Source of the DNA: Chthoniobacterales bacterium
GTDB lineage: Bacteria; Verrucomicrobiota; Verrucomicrobiia; Chthoniobacterales; Chthoniobacteraceae
DNA: 48,483 nucleotides
NCBI GenBank assembly: GCA_041743065.1
Contig: JBGTNO010000018.1
Coordinates: forward strand, 1 to 48,483
Reading direction: 5' to 3'
The notes under the pieces are model-generated. The model had not been told where the DNA came from. It worked only from the letters and a program-made list of their open reading frames with translations, and ran no database searches. Numbering within the stretch: the stretch's first letter is position 1; every line of letters starts with the position of its first letter. Below, piece by piece: positions 42,847-48,483 of the stretch. A program made the translations under genes and the position numbers.

Positions 42847-43799
42847 ACCGTCTGACCGACAATAAGATTGTTCTCGTTGTCCGGGCAACCCGGCTCGCCG
42901 ACCTGCGCGCACGCTTTGCGACGAAGCAGCAGGCGAAGTTCTACGTCAATCGGCTTGGCGGGGACTTCTCCGACTACGAAAGCGAAGACGGTGCATACCA
43001 GCAGGCCATCCGCCAGGCGCAGCAGACATTGTCTGAGATCGGCCGCGTCCAGACGGTGCAACGCGCAATGCTTCCAAATTTTATTTTTGGTCCGGAGGAC
43101 ATTGTCGTGGTTTTGGGCCAGGACGGCCTGGTCGCGAATACATTGAAGTATCTGGATGGCCAGCCGCTGATCGGAGTGAATCCCGATCCGAAACGGTTCG
43201 ATGGCCAGCTCCTGCCGTTTCGAGTGCAGCATCTGCGCAAGATTCTTCCCGAGGTATTTGCCCGCCGACGCGAGATCCGCCATGTGAGCATGGCGGTGGC
43301 GAAACTCAACACGGGCCTTGCGCTGTACGCGGTGAACGATCTGTTTATCGGACCGCGCAGCCACGGATCCGCCCGATATGTGATCCGCCTGGGGAAAAGA
43401 AATGAAACCCATTCCAGCAGCGGCGTGATCGTCTCTACCGGCCTCGGCTCGACCGGCTGGCTGAAGAGCCTGATTACCGGAGCTACGGGAGTGGCTCAAC
43501 TTTACGAGGCGGAGAGGGGGCGACCCGACTCTTCGACGCCAGCAGTCGTCGACCCGTCGTTCGCTTGGGATGCGCGGCATCTCATATTCACCGTGCGAGA
43601 GCCCTTCCCGACGCGCGCGACAAGCGCCACACTCCTCTTCGGACGGCTGACCGACGAGCGCCCGCTGACCATCGAAAGTCAAATGAGCGAGAACGGAGTG
43701 ATCTTCAGCGATGGGATCGAGAGCGATTTCCTCGACTTCAATTCCGGCACCCGCGCCACGATCACTCTGGCGGAGCGGCGGGGTTGCCTGGTCACCTGA
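42843..43799 (+). CDS. NAD-kinase-fold protein (GQDG variant of the GGDG motif)
   Basis: VVVLGQDGLVANT, NDLFIG and STGLGSTGW resemble NAD kinase motifs. The start overlaps the SPFH stop (ATGA). Confidence 0.6.
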   Translation: MNRLTDNKIVLVVRATRLADLRARFATKQQAKFYVNRLGGDFSDYESEDGAYQQAIRQAQQTLSEIGRVQTVQRAMLPNFIFGPEDIVVVLGQDGLVANTLKYLDGQPLIGVNPDPKRFDGQLLPFRVQHLRKILPEVFARRREIRHVSMAVAKLNTGLALYAVNDLFIGPRSHGSARYVIRLGKRNETHSSSGVIVSTGLGSTGWLKSLITGATGVAQLYEAERGRPDSSTPAVVDPSFAWDARHLIFTVREPFPTRATSATLLFGRLTDERPLTIESQMSENGVIFSDGIESDFLDFNSGTRATITLAERRGCLVT

Positions 43800-43855
43800 A
43801 TGCTGCGGTCTGATGAGATCCGCGGGATACGGAAAACACTGCTTGACTAGTCGAT
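43767..43855 (+). repeat. direct repeat copy 2 (see 25383-25470)
   Basis: Covers the last 11 codons of the NAD-kinase-like gene plus about 55 nt downstream. Confidence 0.8.
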
Positions 43856-43890
43856 ATAAGTATCTGATTACAAGTTGATTATAGAAAACT

Positions 43891-43953
43891 GTTTCATATT
43901 TCGGAGCCTAAAACGTTTCATATTTTCGGCGTTTGCCCGTTTCAATCATTCGG
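43891..43953 (+). repeat. three direct repeats phased at 24 bp
   Basis: GTTTCATATTTCGG (43891), GTTTCATATTTTCGG (43915) and GTTTCAATCATTCGG (43939), in an AT-rich stretch. Confidence 0.7.
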
Positions 43954-44519
43954 TCCTCCCACACATGGGTAATACCTAAAGTAATACACCGTCCGCCTTC
44001 GTCCGGGCAGAACTCAACTACGGGGCAGTGCGCAGCTGCAGCTCCTGAAACACACCATCCGGGAAAAAGCGCCTTGCGCAATCCGAGCTTGTTTTCGACG
44101 CAGCGGTTCCGATTCTCGAATTGCTGATCTCGTCGGAGATATCATTGGAGAGGCCCAGGCGGCTGACGACCGCATCTCACAGCAGTGAGAACTTCAAAAG
44201 ATCTCAGACCAGACCTTCAGAAACAGCGGGACATTGCCGAGCAGGCACTTGCGGCCATTCATTCCTCTTCCAACACCAAAATCAAGATGCTCCAGCGGCC
44301 GTATCAAGAACTTGAAAAGAGTGTGACTGGGGCGTGACGAATCAAAGGCTGGGAGAGAACAGAAAAAATCTCTCCTGAGCCTCATTTGTCCCGTGCGTCG
44401 GGATGCCGCTGATGTAAGCAAGAGTCATGTCGGGGCCGGAGCAAAACCGGACAGAGACGGAGCAAAGGTGGATTTCGTGGGCCGCAGCCTCGCCGGAGGC
44501 CGGAGCGTAGCGCGTCCTG

Positions 44520-45320
44520 ACCGACTTCAATGCGGGCTCGCTCGATGCGGCCACCGCCGCCTCGCATCTGGGCGTGAGCCGCTCCCGACTCTACGAGTTG
44601 CGGACGGCTTTGCTCCGCGAACGCGACGGCTTCGCGCCAAAGGCCAGCGGCGGCGACCGGCGTGGCGACTGGCCACCAGAGGACCATCGCTTCCTCCTCG
44701 AGTTCCTACCGCTCCAAAACCCGCCCAACTACCAGCTCGTCGCCGACGAGCTCCATCCACCAGGGGTGGCCCGCCGCCGCCAAGCTGACCCTCCTGCTCA
44801 CCGTCGATGACCATTCCGGCCTGAGCCTCTTCGGCCCCAGTTCCAGCCACGATCACAGCGATCCGAAAAGCGAGTTCCAACGCGCCCTGCGCGGCCTCGG
44901 CGTCGCCCATCTCGTCGCTCCCACCCCGCAGGCCAAGGGGAAAATCGAACGCCGCTTTGGCACCTTTCAGCGCCGCCTGGTGAATCTGCTCGCTCATGCC
45001 CGCGCCCAAACATGGCCCCCAAGCCGATGAGGTCCTCCAGATGGAGATCGCCCGCCAAAACCGCACCGTGAACCGCACCCTCGGCAAGGTTCCCCTCGAA
45101 ATCTGGGAGGCCTAATCGTGGCGCGGGGAGGGCCGCATGCGTCCCAGCCCACCCGCCGCCCTGCTCGATCTGCACTTCTCCCTGCGCTGCTCCCGTCGCG
45201 TCAACAACGACCACACCATCGACTTCGAGGGCCACAACTTCGAAGTCGCCTCCACTCTCCGCAAGACTGTCACCCTCGTCCATCATCCCCGCCGCCAATT
45301 CTGGGTCCTCGAACATCCTC
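44520..45320 (+). pseudogene. degraded transposase (HTH + rve integrase core + C-terminal domain) spread over three frames
   Basis: HLGVSRSRLYELR (HTH); ...FQRALRGLGVAHLVAPTPQAKGKIERRFGTFQRRL (rve core end); ...RRVNNDHTIDFEGHNFEV. These pieces lie in different frames with stops between them. Confidence 0.6.
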
Positions 45321-45495
45321 CAATGTCAGGAGCGAAGGTCTGCAGGAGCGAGTGCAGGAGCGAGGGTCAGAGCTTACTATTGACACTTTTCTCCCTCCTG
45401 GACAAGGGGGAGGGGTCAGTGCATACGCGCAGAATCGGCCGGAGGTCCGTGGCTTTCGCAGCGGAAAATGCGCCGATAATCGCAACTTTCGCAGT

Positions 45496-45673
45496 GGCGA
45501 GTATTTGAAGTCACGAGGATACAATTGTGCGTCACGCAGATGGCGGCGATGAGGAGATCATTTGGCCCAATGAGTTCGCCCTTCAATTCCAATTCATGCC
45601 GGATCGCGGCATAGTGCTCCGCGGCTGGATCGTCGAAGGGCAGAGATACGTAAAGCGCTAGTGTCTTTTGCAC
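45496..45673 (-). pseudogene. PIN-domain (VapC-like) toxin remnant
   Basis: ...AEHYAAIRHELELKGELIGPNDLLIAAICVTHNCILVTSN matches the C-terminal half of VapC. The N-terminal acidic motif is absent. Confidence 0.5.
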
Positions 45674-46234
45674 CAGCCGTCCGGCGATGCGGGTCGGCGC
45701 GGGAGTTCAATGGCGTCATGGGCGATTTCGTCCAAGGCTTTGGGCATAATGTGGGGAGGGGTCGGTCCGTGCAAATGTGGGGAGGGGTCGGTCCGTGCAT
45801 ACGTGCAGGGGAAAGGGGTCGATTATTCTTCACTGCAAAGCCGAAGAAACGGGGCAGGTTCATGCTACCGCCAGCACTTCATCGCGGTCGAGATGCAAGC
45901 AAACCACGGACGGCTTGAGGGGGAGAGCGCTCTCGTAGCCCCAAGCGCTTCGGCCACAAGCGCTGCTGTGGCGGTGGCAAAATCTCCAGCCGTGGTTTCA
46001 CGCCGGGATTGCCCTCTGTGGCAACGGTGGGACGGGCAGCAAACCGAGACGGTGATGCCAGTAATGCCAGGAACGCGGATCGAACAATCCCGGGGGAGCG
46101 TTTTGTATCGCTGCCGACATGGCCTTCTCGCCGTAAGTCGCGAGCACGAGACACACATCGTCCCAGGTTCCGAGGAAATATTTCGTTGGTTGCGCTTTCA
46201 CGGGCAAACGCATATTTATTCAGTAAAACTGAAC

Positions 46235-46846
46235 ATGCGTGCGCCTCCAGCCAACCCAGATCGCGAGCAACTCTTCGAGATCGCGGAGAGTCAGCAGGGC
46301 TATTTCACCGCGGCACAGGCGGCGGAGTGTGGCTTTGCCAGGAGCACCCACAGCTATCATGTTCAAAATGGCAACTGGGTGCGCGAGCATCGTGGCATCT
46401 ACCGGCTAAAACGATTTCCGCAAAGCGATCATGGTCAGCTCGTCCTTTGGTCACTCTGGTCGCGTGATCGCAACGGTGTTCCCAAGGGTGTCTATTCTCA
46501 CCTGACAGCACTGAGCACTAAAGAGCTATCGGATGCGAATCCTGCGAAGCTCCACATGACTGTGCCGCCCGATTTCCGGCGAAGCGGTGAGCCGCCGCCG
46601 GTTCTGATCCTGCCCAAGGCGCGGCTGTCGCCCGAGGAAATCCTGCACGAGCGCGGCTTCGATGTTACGACTCCGATGAAGGCCATCATCGACGCTGCAG
46701 CATCCGGGGACGCGAGCCGGGACATCATTCAGCAAGCGATTAGCGCGGGAAAAAGTAGGGGGCTGATTACCCGGCGTGAAATTTCCGCCGCACTTGGGGC
46801 GCCCGACCTCGATCTCTGGCTACGAAAACTCCTTCAAGCTGCTTGA
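46235..46846 (+). CDS. AbiEi-family type IV antitoxin
   Basis: QQGYFTAAQAAECGFARSTHSYHVQNGNWVREHRGIYRL. The start is taken at an internal ATG of the longer ORF. Confidence 0.65.
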   Translation: MRAPPANPDREQLFEIAESQQGYFTAAQAAECGFARSTHSYHVQNGNWVREHRGIYRLKRFPQSDHGQLVLWSLWSRDRNGVPKGVYSHLTALSTKELSDANPAKLHMTVPPDFRRSGEPPPVLILPKARLSPEEILHERGFDVTTPMKAIIDAAASGDASRDIIQQAISAGKSRGLITRREISAALGAPDLDLWLRKLLQAA

Positions 46847-47552
46847 AAGGCCAAAGCTACAGACCGCCTCGGCGTTTCGGCGCGCGCTCGAAGATCGACT
46901 GGCCGCAATCGCCCGTCGTGAGTATGTGGACCTGCAACGCATCCGCCGCCAGGTTGCTTTCGATCGGCTCCTCGCCCGGCTTTTTGCCGAGGGAAATCCG
47001 CCCTGGATTCTGAAGGGCGCATACTCTCTCGAACTGAAGCTGAACGCCGCTCGGACCACGAAAGATATCGATCTTGGTCTTGAACGCCCGCCCGTTTCGG
47101 GGGATCCGAGCCGAAGTGCCGACGCGCTTCTGGAGATTTTGCAGTCTGCGGCAGCGCGCGACCTGGGGGATTTCTTTGTTTTCAACATCGGTGAGCCGAC
47201 GATGGATCTGGATGCTCCGCCCTATGGCGGAACTCGTCACCCGGTGGACTCGTTGCTCGATGGCCGTACATTCGCGCGATTCCATTTGGATGTCGCACTC
47301 GGCGATGTGCAACGCGATCCAGCCGAAATTGTCGAGCCGCGCGACTGGCTTGGATTCGCCCGGATCCCCGCGCCGTCCATCCCGTCGATTTCGAGGGAGG
47401 AACATTTCGCTCAGAAACTCCACGCTTACACGCTGCCGCGCGAGGGGCAACCGAACTCTCGCGTCAAGGATCTGATCGATCTCGTGCTGCTGATGGATAG
47501 CGGCAGTCTCGATCCAGGGCGTCTGCAAACCGCCATTCGCGAAGTAGAGTAG
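46776..47552 (+). CDS. AbiEii/AbiGii-family nucleotidyltransferase toxin
   Basis: ILKGAYSLELKLNAARTTKDIDL...KLHAY...RVKDLIDLVLL. The start codon is uncertain; the GTG at 46776 overlaps AbiEi. Confidence 0.65.
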   Translation: MKFPPHLGRPTSISGYENSFKLLERPKLQTASAFRRALEDRLAAIARREYVDLQRIRRQVAFDRLLARLFAEGNPPWILKGAYSLELKLNAARTTKDIDLGLERPPVSGDPSRSADALLEILQSAAARDLGDFFVFNIGEPTMDLDAPPYGGTRHPVDSLLDGRTFARFHLDVALGDVQRDPAEIVEPRDWLGFARIPAPSIPSISREEHFAQKLHAYTLPREGQPNSRVKDLIDLVLLMDSGSLDPGRLQTAIREVE

Positions 47553-47665
47553 GACAGAGATTGGGAGGGCTCCAGGCTTCTGTGACATCGTAGTTTCCAG
47601 GTTTCCCTTTGCGTCTATTTCACAGCCGGCCATACCCGTTCGTCAATCTCAAGTCCCCCTCATCA

Positions 47666-47696
47666 AACCGTGCAGGCGGTTTTCCCGCACACGGCT
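47666..47696 (-). ncRNA. group II intron domain V
   Basis: Minus strand AGCCGUGUGCGG-GAAAA-CCGC(CU)GCACGGUU: AGC triad at the base and a 2-nt bulge, about 45 nt after the RT stop codon. Confidence 0.55.
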
Positions 47697-47738
47697 TTCC
47701 GAGTCCCATTCGTCGCTTCGCCTTTGGCTTCGCCTCTC

Positions 47739-48483
47739 TCATGCCTTCTTCCAGCCTGCCGTGGTCGGCAGGCTCCAGAGTCCGTATTGCTGGTGCAGCA
47801 TCGTGTTGTCGTAGTGACTGTGCAGGGCGCGGCGGCAGTTATGTTTCCTCCAGACCCACCGGCGCATCCGGTTGTCGATCCAGTATTGCATCCTTTCAAA
47901 CACGCGCACGCTGTTGCCATAGTGAAAGTAGGCGCTCCATCCGCGCACCACGGCGTTGACGTCCCGAACCACGCTGTCAATGGGTTGCCATTGCGTGCTG
48001 TGGTTTAGGATGTCCCGGAGATTCCCCCGCAGTGCGGCGCAGCTTTGCGCCGCTGGCTCCACATGTGGATAAAAGCGGCCGTTCTTATTCTTCCGGCCGC
48101 TCACCGTGAAGCCGAGGAACCTGATCCCCTCCTCCCGCACATCCACCAACCGGGTCTTGGTCTCGTTGAGAGTCAAGCCCCGGTCTTCCATCCACCGGGT
48201 GATCTGTTCCTTTACCTGCCGCCCTCGCCCTTTGGGACACAGAACGACGAAGTCGTCCGCGTAACGCTCCATTCTCACTGTCCTGCTTTCATTGATCTCG
48301 TGATCCAGCGGGTTGAGGTAGATATTAGCCAGAAGCGGCGATATGACTCCGCCCTGGGGCGTGCCCTGTCGGTTCGGCGTGATCTTCCTTTTACCCGCCT
48401 CCTCTTCCACCACCGGTGCCCGCAACCATGCACGGATCAGCGCCAGGATGCTCCCGTCACTGACCCGCCTCGCCACTTCTCTC
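47739..48483 (-). CDS. group II intron reverse transcriptase/maturase (N-terminus outside the window)
   Basis: GTPQGGVISPLLANIYL, YADDFVVLC, and a C-terminal maturase X domain (VVRGWSAYFHYGNS). Confidence 0.85.
   Translation of the reverse strand, partial: REVARRVSDGSILALIRAWLRAPVVEEEAGKRKITPNRQGTPQGGVISPLLANIYLNPLDHEINESRTVRMERYADDFVVLCPKGRGRQVKEQITRWMEDRGLTLNETKTRLVDVREEGIRFLGFTVSGRKNKNGRFYPHVEPAAQSCAALRGNLRDILNHSTQWQPIDSVVRDVNAVVRGWSAYFHYGNSVRVFERMQYWIDNRMRRWVWRKHNCRRALHSHYDNTMLHQQYGLWSLPTTAGWKKA

Larger units (their letters stand above)
47620..48483 (-). mobile_element. group II intron, 3' part (continues beyond the window)
   Basis: RT/maturase ORF followed on the minus strand by a domain V-like hairpin. 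The 3' boundary is approximate. Confidence 0.6.

Noticed and set aside
43805-43835. Hammerhead-ribozyme-like core CTGATGAG + ATCC-GCG-GGAT (stem II) + GGAAA inside the direct repeat
   Set aside because: An extra G precedes GAAA. Stems I and III with a GUC cleavage site pair poorly. The paralogous copy (25421-25455) has CCGATGAG, with the essential U4 lost, and GGGAAG. This is probably a chance resemblance, although a covariance-model scan would settle it.
25383-43855. Interpreting the repeat-bracketed 18-kb segment as an integrated prophage or ICE
   Set aside because: The interval contains no integrase, recombinase, or phage structural or conjugation genes. Only the repeat itself is reported.
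45668-46234. N-terminal 189 aa of the 392-aa ORF containing AbiEi
   Set aside because: AbiEi homology begins at the internal Met (46235). The upstream part is Gly/Arg-rich, overlaps repeat sequences and has no motif.

Overview
GC-rich bacterial window, analysed by hand folding and motif reading only; no tools were run.

**Main result.** Positions 377-4343 (+ strand) hold a head-to-tail array of about 45 tRNA or tRNA-like genes.
- Their anticodons together cover all 20 amino acids, and most units have an encoded CCA followed by a T-run.
- Almost all carry a non-canonical T-loop, N-G-C-R instead of T-T-C-R-A. Many also have D-loops without GG, and at least seven have C33 instead of U33.
- Several units have a tetraloop hairpin where the anticodon loop should be.
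- A few units are truncated or oversized.

**RNA-repair genes next to the array.**
- Directly downstream on the same strand: SPFH protein, RlaP-like nucleotidyltransferase, an unknown 268-aa protein, RtcB RNA ligase and an HNH nuclease.
- About 10 kb further on: a translationally coupled hen1 / HEAT-repeat gene / pnkp cassette.
- I read 377-25308 as a candidate RNA-damage resilience island, meaning a spare, structurally altered tRNA set plus two RNA-repair systems. This is inference.

**Rest of the window.**
- Minus strand: an M48-like peptidase coupled to a roughly 1,800-aa Upf1-like helicase-REase-WGR gene.
- An NrtR-type NAD salvage and ADP-ribose cluster: pnuC, nadR, pncB, prs, pncA, nrtR, ADP-ribosylglycohydrolase, SPFH and an NAD-kinase-like gene.
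- Housekeeping or accessory genes: serpin, MORN/BNR protein, PhyH dioxygenase, ferredoxin, LysR regulator, beta-propeller protein, ankyrin protein.
- Right end: a degraded mobile-element and toxin-antitoxin zone with a transposase remnant, a VapC remnant, AbiEi/AbiEii and a partial group II intron.

**Caveat.** Four genes are broken by single-base frameshifts. Three lie at short homopolymers and the fourth next to a GA repeat. Assembly errors are therefore likely, and small irregularities in the tRNA stems should be read with that in mind.
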